NCBI RefSeq assembly: GCF_001194135.2
Contig: NC_068989.1
Location: forward strand, 40,728,740 to 40,792,739
Origin: Octopus bimaculoides
Taxonomy: Eukaryota
DNA length: 64,000 nucleotides
Direction of reading: 5' to 3'
The notes under the pieces were generated by a model. It did not search any database and was not told where the DNA came from. It worked only from the letters and a program-made list of their open reading frames with translations. This document shows, one piece after another, positions 12,421-27,180 of the stretch (its first letter is position 1; each line of letters starts with the position of its first letter). The translations under genes were made by a program, and so were the position numbers.

Positions 12421-14069
12421 CGTTTGAACTCCTCAAAATGTTGACGACAATCCTCCGAATATTTGACTAGGATGTTCTTTATTCGTTAGATTATAGAGTT
12501 ACAATAAATTTTGCCTTCTTAATGAATGCACAATAATATTCGATATCCAAAACAAAAATAAATACTACATTTCTGTTGTTGTAAATGACTATCAACTCAA
12601 TATCGCTATTTTTTCCGAATAACTTTTTGACAGATTCGCCTTTAGTATACACAAAATATATTACTTATGTTAAAAAAGAAGTCGCATGCTTCTTTGACAC
12701 TCTGACAAAGTGGTTCTTGGCCTTTAGGTTTTTTTTTTTTTTGTAGCTTCCCTTTTTAAGTAGTTGTTATGTCTAGTGCCCATTTAACTGGCAACTGTGG
12801 TGTCATGACCAAACTAAGTTAACATGGATGATAATATATGAATTTTATTCTAAACATGGATTGTATAGGCTTTTAACAGTAAAATGATAAATAATTAATA
12901 AAGACAAACGCTGTAAATTTACTTCATATATTGCAAGTTAATGACTTCCCAGTGTCTGATGAGATATAGCTAAAATTTCTATATCAGGTTGAGCAACTGT
13001 GTTGATTCTAAGTTTCTCGACCTGAGAGAAATAACAGTACACTACTTATCTCTCATTTTATTTTAATAACCCATACAAGTTATATTATGTATAATATGAT
13101 TACTACTATAGGTAATATTTAGTATTTAAATTGTTACCTCACCGACCCCTCACCAACCACTAAAGTCTAATGCCAGGTGTCCACCCTGACGCGGTACAGC
13201 TCACGTTGTGAACCTCTGCTCGAAACTATAAGCGTTTAACTAATTAGGCAATATAAATAAATTTATATGGCTTTCATTCATTGTCAATAGACCGCATAAT
13301 GCTATATTCAAGACGTACCTGTAATTCCGAAAAGCATTTCAAAAGACCAGAATTTGTATTCACCACATGCAATGGTTGTTAATTTTCTTTCAACACTTGA
13401 TAACGCTGAAATATTTTCCATCTTCCGTCTAATGAAATGCTTAGTCATACCAAGGCATTGGCTTGTGATCATCAGTCTTTTTGATCATCACTTTGCTGTT
13501 TTGCTTTCAAATATTAATGATTGGTGCAGCTGATTCACTGTAATCAAATAGTTCCATTGTGCCAGTGCCATTCAATAGCTCACATTCCAATTTTCTTTAA
13601 CCAATCCACCTTTTGAAAACGTTGTAGAGCTAGTCTCCAAATACATTCGTATCGCATCAGGACGTCATCAAATTGTGCTCTATGTTCATAAAATGGCCTA
13701 AGCCTGGTGAGAATACATCGCGATCGTTATTACCTAAATCATTAATTTTACTTGTAATATTCAAATTAGCTGAATCGACATCATTAACAATTCATCAATG
13801 TTATTAAGTATAGAAATTGGTGACATAAAGTACTTTTAACTAATTAATTCCGCTAAATTAAAACTTTTTTTTAATCGATAACAATGGTTCCAAATTTTAT
13901 CGCTGGTTATAGTTATCAGCCTTCAACTTCGGTGATTTCTGTTGGAGGGGTTAAAGGATATGCCAAGCAAAATGTACTAAGCACTACAATGCGAATTCCA
14001 TCGTCTATAAGAAGGCAACCAACTAAACACACACACACACACACACACACATTATNNNNNNNNNNNNNN

Positions 14070-14113
<44 letters not shown>

Positions 14114-14189
14114 GAGAGAAAGAGAGAGAGTTTGTGTGTTTGTGTATAGTCTCATTTATAAACATTAGTCTATTATATGTTTAAACGAG

Positions 14190-14345
14190 GCTGTGTTTAA
14201 GAAGCTTACTTCCCAGCCATAAGGTCTTGCATTCAGTCCCACTGCATAGCATCTTGAGCAAGTGTATTTCTACTATAGCCTCTGGCTGACTATAGTCATG
14301 TGAATGGATTTGATATATAGAAACTGAAGAAAGTATGTCATATAT
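14190..14345 (+). mobile_element. SINE family C (CORE-like) head
   Basis: ttcagtcccactgcatagcatcttgagcaagtgtatttctactatagcc...aaactgaagaaag; the same family occurs at 24060, 43160 and 44790. Confidence 0.65.
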
Positions 14346-14409
14346 GTGTGAGAGAATTTGTACCTCACCACTGTTTAAGAACTGGAGATGGATTTTTTTT
14401 TTTCATTCC

Positions 14410-14975
14410 TGCAACTTGATGGTTCGTCGAAAGAGAACTCTTTAGGAGGGTCTTCGTGGTGGGGCTATGGTTATGGTCCATAGGGAACGGACGCCAATGC
14501 TACCATTTCGTCTTCTACCCTACGTCCGAACCTTCACTGACACGTTCACCAATGATAAACAGTAATCGCCTCTGTTCCTATGCCGCTATAACAATTTCTG
14601 TATCGCTGACACCTGTTTCCCCCGCAAACGTATCCGTCACTGAACTTGGTACAGTCCGGATGGCCACATCCGGAAGGCTATCGACTATATCATCAGTATC
14701 TACTGCCGTTGGAGATCATTCGTCACTAACTGTTGAGTCTACAGAGGGGCTCAACTCGGAAGTACCAGCCATCGATTGCAGTCTGCGATACACACGCTGA
14801 AGTTGAGAGCGGACCCTCCACAAAATACCAGCCCCACCCTGACTCATCTTGTCTCTGTGATCCTAACATCGCCACATACTCTATCACTAAATACTTCAGA
14901 GCTCTGGCCGAGAATGAGACTGACAAATGGGAGATCTTCAAATCAAGTGTGCACCAGTCTTCATGTGATGTCCTG
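14410..14975 (+). mobile_element. RTE-clade LINE apurinic-endonuclease fossil
   Basis: Reads NNFCIADTCFPRKRIRH*TWYSPDGHIRKAIDYII...RWRSFVTNC*VYRGAQLGSTSHRLQSAIHTLKLR. After a frameshift it reads DPNIATYSITKYFRALAENETDKWEIFKSSV. These are the APE motifs TW.SPDG, IDY and RGA..SDH. Confidence 0.85.
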
Positions 14976-15421
14976 GTAATATTTTAGACGATGCACGAAA
15001 AAGTTTCCCATATATAAATACCATGTATTTATCTTAATGCTGGATTACAAGCAATTTTTTTGTTCTCTTCCGCCCACCTTCTCTCTACGCATAAGCATAC
15101 ACATTCAAACACACACACATACATATTTATATGTATATCATATATCAGCCATATAAAGTAATCCCGACATTGTTAAATTATCGCTATTTACACAATAGTA
15201 TATTTCTCTAAAAACAATGTATGTTCAGCCCCTGTACGAATTCCCTATCGAAAAACAAAACTAACATATAAGAACATGTTCTATCCTAGGTAAAGAAAAA
15301 CAAAATTCAACAGGACAACAATAACGAGCAGATATTAACGTGAAAACGAAAACATTAACACAACCGAATTAATTCAACCTCGTAGACACTCAGCTTATAC
15401 GTACGTATGTATGCATGTATG

Positions 15422-15452
<31 letters not shown>

Positions 15453-16281
15453 TTGTATGTATGAGTTTATAGGTGTCATGTGGCTCGATTCTATTATTAT
15501 GCCTTCCTATTAGCAGTACTGCTCTACTTTGAGATATTTCACTTTATTGACTTCTCTCGCTAAGTATTTCCGACAAAAGAGTACTTTCAGTAAGACAGCG
15601 AAATATTTATCCATATAATTAGTGTTTTGTGTGTGTGTATATATATAGCATGTGTGATACGCTATGAGTAAAATAACTTTATATTTGTGTAAATGTCATA
15701 TCATTCTCTTTTCCCATGATAATATGGCTTCAAGGCTATCTCCAAAACGACTTTCAATTTTCTAGCTGTCAGTGATAGGCACGGTATGTGCACAGACACA
15801 CATGGTCCTCCTAAAATTAGCCTCCTTTGTAAATTGGAATCAAACTACTGATAATTCTAATTCGTAAGCAAGAAGTTTTTTTGTGAGAAAAGTGTCAATA
15901 AATTTAATTCGTGTCAAGTAGGCATCGCTGATATCCATCTTGTTTTGTTTTGTTGTTTTTTTTTCGTTATAGTTTTTCTTTTTCTTGTTGCATCATTCTA
16001 ATATCATAAAGACAGATTTCCATCTTGCTTTTTTTTTGTGTATGCATCAGTACAATATCATAAAGACAGAGAACAAAAACAGTATTACTATGAAGTTGAA
16101 CAGTCACAGACACTAGCATTCATCAATTTCAAAAGAGTTTATCATAAATCTAGATGTTGTGTTTGACAACAAATGTGTTGATCTTCTGCGACGAATTTTA
16201 AAACACTGGTGTCTAATTTAACGTTCTAACGGTCAATATTATGTTATGGTTCCGTGAGTCTGAGTGAATGCGTCTCTCTCT

Positions 16282-16314
<33 letters not shown>

Positions 16315-16500
16315 CATGGTTAAAAATAAAAATAGAAACACATTTGATCGCACAGCCATCATATAGAGAATTACGCAAAACATTGGCAGGATTGACGATG
16401 GAAGCTTCTATCAATCGCTGTGTGTTTGAGAGCATTAATTAGTTTGGTAAAATGATGACTATTATAGATTCACATTCGTTCACGTCAACTGAGAGTTGAG

Positions 16501-16650
16501 GTGTGGAGGTGCAATGGCCCAGTGGTTAGGGCAGCAGACTCGCGGTCGGAGGATCGCAGTTTCGATTCCCAGACCGGGCGTTGTGTATGTTTATTGAGCG
16601 AAAACACCTAAAACCTCCATGAGGTTCCGGCAGTTGTACTCTTTCTCCCC
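16501..16650 (+). mobile_element. 3'-truncated SINE family A
   Basis: Same tRNA-like head as 767 and 60368; similarity ends near 16650. Confidence 0.75.
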
Positions 16651-17299
16651 AACATTACTTTATTAGTGATCCACGCACAGTGAATTTCGAAGTCCTTACA
16701 AATATATTCGCTTCATATATTAATTTTGTTTTTATGTAAAAGAATAATTGCAAATGCAAAAATATAGCGTGTATAACAGTATTCGGACTAAAGAGAAAAA
16801 TTCAAAACACTTTCGTAGTTGTGACCCTTTCATTACAGTAACTAGGAGACAAACAGATAGAAAGATAGAGACAGCTTTATAATTGTCAACGATATCTTCG
16901 ATACACTTTTACTTCAGAAATATAAAAAGTATATGACTTTCGAAGATTCGAATCCTTTCATTACTATATCTAGGAGGCTGACAGACAGAAAGTGAGAGAA
17001 AAATACAGTATTAACATTACTGGCAATGACTTCGATATATTTTTGCTACCAAAATATACAGATAGGTGAGTGAGAAAATTTGGGGGGTGCCGTGGATGTA
17101 AACGTAAAGAATTTATTTGCTGAACAAACACCGAATTTCTTCCTAAAATTAAAGAATATGAACAATTCAGCAGATGATAAAATCAGGCCTTATCGCGGTT
17201 AAAACATTTTTTCTACAAATGTTTATGTTGCATTTACTGTATCGGTTTTACAATTTAAGTTTCTTAAGACAAAATAGCCAAATACTTAACGCTTGGTGT

Positions 17300-18850
17300 C
17301 ATGTAAATGAACCCATGTAGGCTTTTCTTTACTAAAGCTATTTTCTCTCGTGCTGACAGTTTAGGTATCGTAAGCATTAGTTTTGACATGAGGTTTTGTA
17401 AGTCCTCACGGTTGATGAAGCCTAACGGCTTCTAACGGATTCTTTACATCCCCGAGAAATAATTATTCTGCAATATTTGCTCCAATCAGATCACATTCGT
17501 TATATCCGTTATAATATCATTATCTTCTTCATATCTTATTTTCTAAATTTTGACATACTAATCTCACTAAATTTTTATCTGGCAAACGTTTTTAAAATTC
17601 CCATGTATCATTGGAACACTTTAACTGTTCAAATCTTTCTAATAAAGAATTAATAGAAGCATGGACTATTACACTGAATGCACACTATCTTAATCTTTCT
17701 GGATCATCTCTATGTGAAATCTCATTAGAATACTCATATTCAAACTAATGTTTTACTGTGTGTTGTATTTTTTTGTTTTCCTTTTAGAAATCGGTATTTC
17801 TGCAAATTTTGTTGCTTATTTTTACTGATGCGGTTTTATATATTAGTACGATAAGCAACAAAATAATTAGAAACATTATTCATGAGTGAAACCATAGTAG
17901 ACACAATCACCGATGTGCTCCGTATAATTTTGTTGATATTTCTTTCTCTGCTGAAGACATTATACCATGCATCACCAATAGGAGACTGTAATTTTCCTTT
18001 TGTGATTTAGAATGACGTCTTCATATATTGAAGGATCAGAAGCGAGCATTTCTTCATAACTATAAAGAGCTTTTCGGGTCGTTATAAGTTCATATTTAAT
18101 GTTTTTGACATATTCTAGATAGCACACCCAGCAAATTACGCTTAAATTTTCTTGCTGTGAAGTTTTTTTAACATGTTCTTTTTAGTACATGTCATTGCCC
18201 AGGAGAGGCAGAAAACAAAATATGTAATCACCGAACAGTACCCAAAAGAATTTGAGTGAATTCCCAGCAACTTGTTGAATAATCAGCAGATTCTAAGTTC
18301 AGGCTGACATTCAAATGGCAAATGATATACTCGTGGGCTTTCCTTTATGATTCTCATTAGAAAAATGCTTTTTTTTTTCTATTCCTTCTTATCTGAATCT
18401 TTATCACAACCCTGCCATCCGCATTTATGTAATACTAGCTTTCTTTCTATTGGAAAATCAGCTATACTTTTAAATAATCTTTTTGCCTGTAGTATCTGTA
18501 CCTCGTTAATATCTAACTAACTATTCTCTCATTAAAATATTTTCAAAACCTAAATGTCGAACAGTATCTAAAAGCAGTTTCATATGATTTACATCTGGCG
18601 TAATATCTAAGATAACGTTGAATTATTTAGTTTATTTATCCCATTTATGTTATTTTAAATGGTATTTCCCAATACACTATTTCACTTTTTCCACAGTACT
18701 AAGTGTTTCTTTAGGGACAAGCCAAAATAGATGCTCGTTCATTGACAAATCAAAATTTACAAGTGGCTCAATATGATTTACACTATACCCAATGTGCAAT
18801 GTAAATAATCTGCGTGACGTTGTCTTAGATGCAAAACTAGTTTAGCTAAA
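17300..18850 (-). mobile_element. Possible highly degraded Penelope-like RT/GIY-YIG remnant
   Basis: Scattered minus-strand peptide resemblance (for example EPLVNFDL..., LGFENILMRE*LVRY); many stops. Confidence 0.25.
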
Positions 18851-19699
18851 TAGAGTGATGATCATTAAACGTTTCATCACTTTCCATCAATGTTCTCGTT
18901 CTTTTCCTACACATGACTACACCCCAGTAGAAAAAAAAGAACTTTTATTAGTCTACAATCGCATTAATGTCTGAAACCACTTCATATAATATTCTAGATC
19001 ATGTACAGAATGCCCATGTGGTAGCAAATATTCATGGCCATGTTTCAAATCATTAATTCCAGCTTTAACTTAACAAGTCTAATTTCAGAAACCAAAATAC
19101 TTCGTGACAAAAGTAATAAAAGTAATAAATTTTATTGCTGCTTTCTGAAGAAACAAGCCACATTCTAAAAATAATTTCACTGCCGTTATATTTCCTATAC
19201 GCTATTGACAAACCAAAAAAAACTGCGTTTATTTGGAACTTTCAGAAAACTGTTCCGTTAATTAGAATAGTATTTGAGTATTAAAGAATAAAGCGATAAA
19301 TGTCTGCCTCTGACACTTCATTTCACAAATTGTGCTAGATTACGGTAGGTGATACATAATTAAATAGTATTTTAAAACTTTCTCTCAAAATTGTCTGTTT
19401 CTTAAAGTCGCAATATTCCACCAAGTCTCCAGCAACATTGCAGATGCAATGAGAAGGTTTCTATTTACGGCTGCAATCGCACTTATTTTGTTTGACTTCA
19501 CAAGTGTTAGATGGGAAATGTAGAGAATTAACAGTAATTAAAAAATTTACGTGTGCATTTCGCCACAGGTAGATTGAGAATTAACAATACTAGATAACAT
19601 TCGATGATTCATTGCTACTGATACTTGTTGGCAACGTCTTTACTTTTCTGTTTTATGGCCTAATACAATGTTTTTATCGCATTTCCAATCTATGACGTT

Positions 19700-19737
19700 T
19701 ATATATATATGTATATATGTATGTCTATGTATATGTC

Positions 19738-19768
<31 letters not shown>

Positions 19769-19917
19769 ATATATATATATCCATATATATATATGTGTGT
19801 ATATATGTGTGTGTGTGTATAAATGTGTATATATACGTGTCTCTCTATAAATATATACATATATATACATAGATATATACATGTCTACAAATATATGTGT
19901 ATATATATATGTGTGTG

Positions 19918-20012
<95 letters not shown>

Positions 20013-20254
20013 GTATATATATATATACATATATATATATATACATATGTATATATATATATACATATATATATATATACATATGTATATATATACATAT
20101 GTATATATATATATATCCATGTATATATATCTCTATGTATATATCTGAATATATATGCATGTATGTACCTGTATGTATATGTATGTATCTGTTTGTATAT
20201 TTATATGTATGTATATATGCATGTGCCTATACATATATGCATATATGTATGTAA

Positions 20255-20286
<32 letters not shown>

Positions 20287-20304
20287 ATATGTATGTGTGT
20301 GTGT
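19700..20304. repeat. Large compound (TA)/(TG)/(CATATA) microsatellite field
   Basis: Direct reading. It explains the spurious YI/CV-rich ORFs and ends at an N-gap. Confidence 0.95.
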
Positions 20305-20639
20305 NNNNNNNNNNNNNNNNNNNNNNNNNNNNNNNNNNNNNNNNNNNNNNNNNNNNNNNNNNNNNNNNNNNNNNNNNNNNNNNNNNNNNNNNNNNNNNNN
20401 NNNNTGTGCATATCAATTTAAATAAGAGCCATAACGCAATCCATAGTAAAACTTCTTTAATAACCTATGCACATTTTAATGCAAGGTCCCGACTCACTCT
20501 TGTCTGAGATAAGAATATGGGGTCTTGCATCTCTACAGGGTCAAGTTACATTAATTTACAGCAAACAACAGACATTGATAGTTGTCCCTAAATTACATGT
20601 GTATAAAAGAGTTATAATCAGGTTGTAACGACATGAATA

Positions 20640-20810
20640 TTATGAAACTGCTGGTGTGTTTATGTCCCCGTAACTTAGCGGTTCGGCAAAATAGTCCGAT
20701 AGAATAAGCACTAGGCTTCCAACGAATAAGTCCTGGGGTCGATTTGCTCGACTAATGGCGGTGTTCTAGCATGGCCACAGTCAAATGACTGAAACAAGTA
20801 AGAGTGTAAA
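20640..20810 (+). mobile_element. 3' module of SINE family C
   Basis: ggtgtgtttatgtccccgtaacttagcggttcggcaaaa...gatagaataag...ggccacagtcaaatgactgaaacaagta; the same module occurs at 24270-24440, 43350-43510 (-) and 48965-49130 (-). Confidence 0.65.
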
Positions 20811-20831
20811 AGAGTATATATATATGTAATG

Positions 20832-20869
<38 letters not shown>

Positions 20870-22123
20870 CTTAATTATATGTATTTATTTTCTTTTAGAT
20901 AACAATTAACTCTGACAAAATGAATTGGTTAATGGTTAACAGAGTAGCAAAGTTCACAAAATAACTTTGGTGTAACTCCTGTTTATGAGGTAGAAACTCC
21001 CTGTTAATTTGAGGTATTTTGAATAGATATAAGATTAAATAAATAGAGTTATACTCATGCGTTAAATTATTTCATTTATTTCCGACCTATGCTTCTAAGA
21101 TTACAATTGGTTCATTCCAAAGGAATTAATGATATTCAGAAAGATGTAATCTTCTCATCAGGGAAATACATAAAAACCAACTCAACCGTAAGACATTATT
21201 ACCGAATGTGACAACTGCGAGTAGAGAAGAATGCGACATAGCTTATTTGAAAAAACCGTTGGAAAATGCAACGCTACGAGACAGTATGTTGGACAAGGAA
21301 AGAAGAAAAGGAGGAAAACAGGAAATTAGTATCTGGAGTTGAAAATAAATAGAATAATTTTTTAAACCAGATTAAAATAAGCTATGGACGTTGAAAGAAG
21401 GAGGAATAAGTATTCCCCAGGTTACATGAAACATCATTGCTAAAGCCAGAAAATACAGAGGATGAGGTACCAAATGTGAACTTCGTATCACTGAAAACTA
21501 AATATCATTCAGTCAACAGGTAACACCCTAAATATTAAGGATGAAATCTTTTCTCCGGCATACACAAGAAATATTTCACATTTAGACACTTCAAAGAGAA
21601 ACCACCACCCATAGCTTTAATCCTACAAGGATAGATTCTTACCCTGGACGTAAAAATATATAGAATATATAGAACATACAGGAAAAATATGCCTCCATGA
21701 CGAGCTACCTCTGCATAGAAACAAACGAACATCCCATATACCCAGAATATATTATAATGCAAACAAATTTACCATCCAATATGACTGATTTCCCAAAAGT
21801 CAAATCCAAGGATATAACCACTCAAAAGATGTCATCCAAGAGTAACGTCCCTTGATTGTTTTCCTTCTCGAGACTGTGCGTTTTTTAATCCCAAATGGAG
21901 ACGAACACCATTTTTCCATGTGATCGGCTTGAAAAATTGTTAAGATATTAAGATATTTTTCGTAACATGAAACTAATGGTAGCCTTAATGCACAAATAAA
22001 GAAATCCTATCTGCCAATGCGGTATTGAGCACTCATCGTTCGACATATATATNNNNNNNNNNNNNNNNNNNNNNNNNNNNNNNNNNNNNNNNNNNNNNNN
22101 NNNNNNNNNNNNNNNNNNNNNNN

Positions 22124-22161
<38 letters not shown>

Positions 22162-23230
22162 CACACATATATACTTAGGTACATTTACGCGAGTGCATAT
22201 GTGTGTGACTATAGAAATATGCATGTGTTCAAGTATGTGTATATTTATGTGTACAGAAATTTGCTTTTCTCAGGGGAAAATCTAAGGAATATTATGTCAT
22301 AGCACAGATAATGATCTTGAACGTTCCAGTTGCTTCCTCTTCCTATTTACTGAGAGCACATTATCATTTTTTTCCTATTTACCTGTATAGTTTTTGCATC
22401 TCTTTGAAGGAGACTGCGTCAGTTCGAGTGTATAGGAGAATGTTTTTGAGGTGTGCGGTAATGGAGTCAATATAAGTTATCTTGAAGGTAACCAAGCAAA
22501 GATAGTTTGATATCATCTGCCATAGAAGTGCAGGCCTCCAGAATTGATTGCCTGATTAGAATGTTCCCCAGCAGGCATAAACCACGAGATTATGATCAAA
22601 TAGAAAGCCATTGATGAAAGGATGGAGTCTATATGTTTGAAGTTTTACGAGTTTATACGCAAAATAATATCAATAAGTATCTTCATGAATATGAAATACT
22701 TAAGGAATATTTATCGTTGAAAACCTGGAAGCTAGAGTTTTCACTCGGGAAAAACTCTTTATAGAAGTATATTGTTTTATTGTTTCTTTGTTTTTTTTTT
22801 CACACAATATTTCAGAGCTCACGATCACTACCGAGGCGACTTTGCTTCAGCTAGCTTTGAAGGATATGTTGTTGTTTAACACATTATTTCTCTAGAGAGT
22901 TTTGATCTGGTGTAAACCACAACTTCTGGCTTTTCAGTGATACGCATACGCTACGTATGTCATGTAGAAAGAGTTTTTAATCTGGAGCTACTTCTATTGA
23001 ATAATTCGAATTCTATTAAGAAGCATAATACTATCCCAAACCCTAGTTTCATACAAAACAGCAGGAAACGGGTTTAAGTTTGCCTTTTATTACATTTTTC
23101 TGTCAAATTAGATTTCAGTCATGTCAGTTGCCGTTTAAATGTTTTTTCTTATATCTCGAATTTGTCTTCGTAATATTTAATACGCATTGTTATGAATGTA
23201 TCACTATTAAAAGAAGTTTATTAATTACAG

Positions 23231-23354
23231 ATATATGGTTATTGTACACCCAATGATTTCACGTTATTGGTGTACTGCAGGAAATACAAGAAAAATCTTG
23301 CCAGCCGTCTGGGCATTGGCTATTCTGTTGTCGATGCCAAGTATATTTGTTATG
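23231..23354 (+). CDS. Class A peptide GPCR, exon encoding ICL2-TM4 (first exon found; upstream exons not seen in window)
   Basis: ttaattacag|A acceptor and ATG|gtaagt donor. Starts in phase 2, completing the R of (E/D)RY. Reads (R)YMVIVHPMISRYWCTAGNTRKILPAVWALAILLSMPSIFVM, with the TM4 Trp and Pro. 124 nt, ends in phase 0. Confidence 0.9.
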
Positions 23355-24059
23355 GTAAGTTTTGCTTTCATACAATTTTTCATGTAATCTCATATAGGTG
23401 CACGCATAAATATATCTACACAGATATATATACGCACACACATATACATGCACTATTTATTTGTCAGCGAGCGTATATTTGTTTTGAGCGCATATATACA
23501 CACTTACATACGTAAAAGATAGAACATAGTGCTAGATTTACATTGATAATATATTTACACGCACTTCGGTGGCAGTTACACAATGATTACGTAAGACTAC
23601 CCTTACCCTTTCTACATATAATTCATCAAAGTTTTAAGCACGTTCCTGGAAGATGGTATGTAAATATTAATAACCTGTAGGGACATCGTGTTTCGTTATG
23701 CAACCATAATATACTACAAAGAATATTAAAAGTCAATACTGTGTTAACAGTGCTATTACATCTCTTGTTAAGAATATCTCTACAGAGTTTTCGATAGAAA
23801 TGATAGCCAGCACTAATTTTACTACGATGTTTCGTATTCGAGGCAACAGATATAAACAACAATGAGATTGAAGCTGAAAAATTGGTAATATGACGGAATC
23901 ATATAAAACATCTCAATATTTAAGGAGCAAGCCTCCGAGCGCGACTTTGTCTTTCATCCTGTTGATAAAAGAATATCAGTTGAGTACTGGGCTCGATGTA
24001 ATCGTCTTATTCCCTGACACGAAATGCTGGCCTTGTGTTCAAATTTGAAACAAATATTT

Positions 24060-24440
24060 AAGGCGCAGAATGGTTTCGTAGTTAAGATGATCGCTTTGCA
24101 TCCACGCGGTTTCGGGTTCAGCCCCACTGCGTGGTGCTGTGGACAAGTGTCTTCTACTATTGTAGATGCCTTGTGAGTGAATTTGGTAGGCGGAAACTGA
24201 AAGAATCCCGTCGTGTGTGTGTGTGTATGTGTGTGAATGTATGTGTGTTTGGCCCGACAACTGCATGATAAACGGTTGGTGTTGGCGTGTTTATGTCCTC
24301 GTAACATAGCGTATCAGCAAAACAAACTGACAGAAGAGATACCAAACTTAAGTAACAATTACTGGGTAAAATTTGTTCGATTAAACACTTTAAAGAGGCC
24401 CTTCAGTATGGCTGCGGTTCAATAACTGAAACAAACAACA
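24060..24440 (+). mobile_element. SINE family C, near full length (head, (TG)n, 3' module)
   Basis: tRNA-like head aggcgcagaatggtttcgtagttaag...ggttcagccccactgcgtgg, then the CORE-like part, a microsatellite and the 3' module. Confidence 0.7.
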
Positions 24441-26054
24441 GAGAGCTGTTACAGTATATGAATGTTAAAATGCAAATTGTGAATGTTTTGTATTTCTGGC
24501 CGATGACTGATGATTTAAATGTTTGGCGGTCGAGTTAGGCACACAGATGATCTCTTGTCCTTATTGTTTAGTATAACCACAGCTTAGCTGTTTCATTGGT
24601 TTTCCGAATCATCAAGATTAACAGCTGTTATATTGGGATTAATAGGTTTGAAGAATGAGGAAAGTTTCTGTTATTAATCTTGCTGAAGTTGCTTCCACTT
24701 AATGCGTTCCGTTAAGTATTTTATATGTTGATGCTTTTGTAGAACAACAGTTTCTGTTAACAAATCAACATACACAATTATCAAAGGCTTTCCGTAAAAC
24801 ACAGTACAAAGTGGTTTATCGTCATTTTCAGCGTCATTATCTCTACTGTCGCTAAAATGAATATTATTGGCTTCTGTTAACACTTGCTATCCAAGTTCAA
24901 ATTCTGTTTTCTTGCCAGATTCTGACATCGTCTGTGACATCTGTTTTGCATGCTATTCTTAAGTATACAATGAAAATACATTACCTCAATTCCTACAAAA
25001 TCGTACATCCTTACCTCAAATCTTTCAAAATTGTATTGCCTTATATGACACTATTAAATTGAATACTGTGATGGGGTGGTCTTGATGCTTCTGAGAGCTC
25101 TTTGTTTTTGTTTCTCTTCCCAAGACTGTCCCTATTATCACATATCACTTTGAATTGAGATCAGAATTATATTAGTTCTTATTTAAGGATTTAGCCTTCC
25201 TTCATTTCTACAGAAATCACTTTTTTATTAGCCTTGTTGTAAGGTTGCATCTTTCGCTGAGCTTTCATTCGATGTTGTAATTAGAAGCGTTTTTACTCAA
25301 TATGTTAGATATAATCATATAATAATAATGAGCACATAATGTCTATTTTGCTAATTTGAATGTTGATTTCAAACATTTCAAGTTAATCGAAGCCTACCAA
25401 TATCGCATATCGGTAATCATCTCCTTCTGTGAATAATTTATGTGCAGCTTCATTGTATCCAGCTTTCTGGTTGATGATTTGTCTTCTTATTGTAACTTTG
25501 CTGAGATGGTTCTTAACATGTTCAGTTTCATTAAAATCGTTTACAGGAAAAGATACAGGAGTTGTTCTGTCAGCAGTAACGTCAGTAGATTTTTGATTTA
25601 TTTAGTATACGAAAAGTACACTCACCTAGTTCTGTTTCCTACTGTATTAATGATTTGGCATTAGTGTCTCTCGAATTATAGTACTTCCATATATGAATCT
25701 AAGCGACCGTATACAATTCAGGAATGCTACTTCTGGTAAATCTCTAGGTTTCACTGAGTAGATAATTGAAATGTCAAAATTCTGTACAATCATATTTCGC
25801 GAAGACGGTCTGTTTTCTTTAATTTCTTACATTGAAAGTGGACGTTTTCTGTCTTTGACAGACTTTTGAGACGTAGCGTAAGATCTAATTTAGTTTCTTT
25901 CTGGCATACAGTATGCTATGGACAAAATAAAATTCATTGTCTAAGCTTGTGTTCTTACTGATAAAGAATGTAGTGGTACAAGCGTTGTCAGTTATTACTG
26001 CCTGTATTACTCTAATAATGTGATGGAATAGAAATGAATTGTTGAAATACATAA

Positions 26055-26088
<34 letters not shown>

Positions 26089-26960
26089 CTTAATTATTTC
26101 GAATTTGAGCAATGTTCACCTTCTATTCGGAAAGCTTCACTTTGATCACTTACACTTTAAGAAACTCAGAAACAATAGAAGTATCAGCTTTCTCTACCTT
26201 ATAAATTGTACATATCAACGTTCCATTTCAGGAGCATGCATTGATAGTATCTCATATCACTTAAACTTAACTTTTCTACAATACTAATAACATAAATGCG
26301 GTATATCAAATTATTAACCCGCAATGACACTAAATATTTTATAGTATATTGCTTGATATCTTAGAGCGTTCATTTCTAGTGGAAGCATCTTTCGTTCGTC
26401 TTTCTGAGCTAAGTTACAAAAATTCCACCTTTTGTTTATCATTTCTTTCATCACTTTTTATGATAGTTTTATTTGTACTATCGCTTATCACCAGCCTTAA
26501 AAAAGTTTATTGTAATATTCACCCTTTCGGTGACTGGTTAATCTCTAGATGTTCTGTATATTTTAAAAGTTGCCTGATTTCGTTTATGCTCATTGATACA
26601 AGACAAAGTCGGGCTAAGATGGTCTAGTGATGTTAGTTATGAGATAGAAGCAGGTGACCCAACGTATCGGGTATAATTTATCGATACGATTTATTACGAT
26701 TTCCTCAGGGTGTACGCAACACTTATAAACGATACATTAATTTGATCTCTATTTCAGCATTTTATTCTTTATGAATTCTAAACATACCGAGAGTCAATAA
26801 AATTCATATACAGGAGCTGGGAAAGTTTCGAAAATCACTCTCAATTTTCATCCTACCGTCATAAAATAGAAGCCTACACAAGATAATGTAAATACTATCC
26901 TACCCTATTGTGGCGATTTTTGTATTCGTTCGATGTCAACACAGGACATCCCGAAACGAG

Positions 26961-27006
<46 letters not shown>

Positions 27007-27007
<1 letters not shown>

Positions 27008-27180
27008 GAAGGCGGCGAGATGGCAGAATCATTAGCAAGCTGGACGAAATGCTTAGCTGTATTTCGCCTGTCGACTTTGCCTTTCATCCTTTCTGGGTCG
27101 ATAAATGATGTACCAATGTAACACTGGGGTCGATGTAAAATCCAGGCCTTGTGTCTATAGTAGAAAGGATTATTATTACC
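27007..27180 (+). mobile_element. SINE family B with internal deletion, flanked by (ATT)n on both sides
   Basis: (TAT)n at about 26962-27007, then gaaggcggcgagatggcagaatc...agaaaggattattatta. Confidence 0.8.

Noticed and set aside
14456-14800. S/T-rich 114-aa ORF as a possible GPCR N-terminal exon
   Set aside because: No TM segment and no ATG start. Another frame of the same DNA carries clear RTE endonuclease motifs (TWYSPDG, IDYI, RGAQLG).
15768-15800. LAVSD motif resembling TM2
   Set aside because: Followed by RHGMCTD with no hydrophobic helix and no suitable exon context.
19640-20507. Long YI/CV/HT-rich ORFs (also at 35457, 43711-45319, 52784, 56477-57003)
   Set aside because: These are translations of dinucleotide microsatellites or N-gaps, not proteins.
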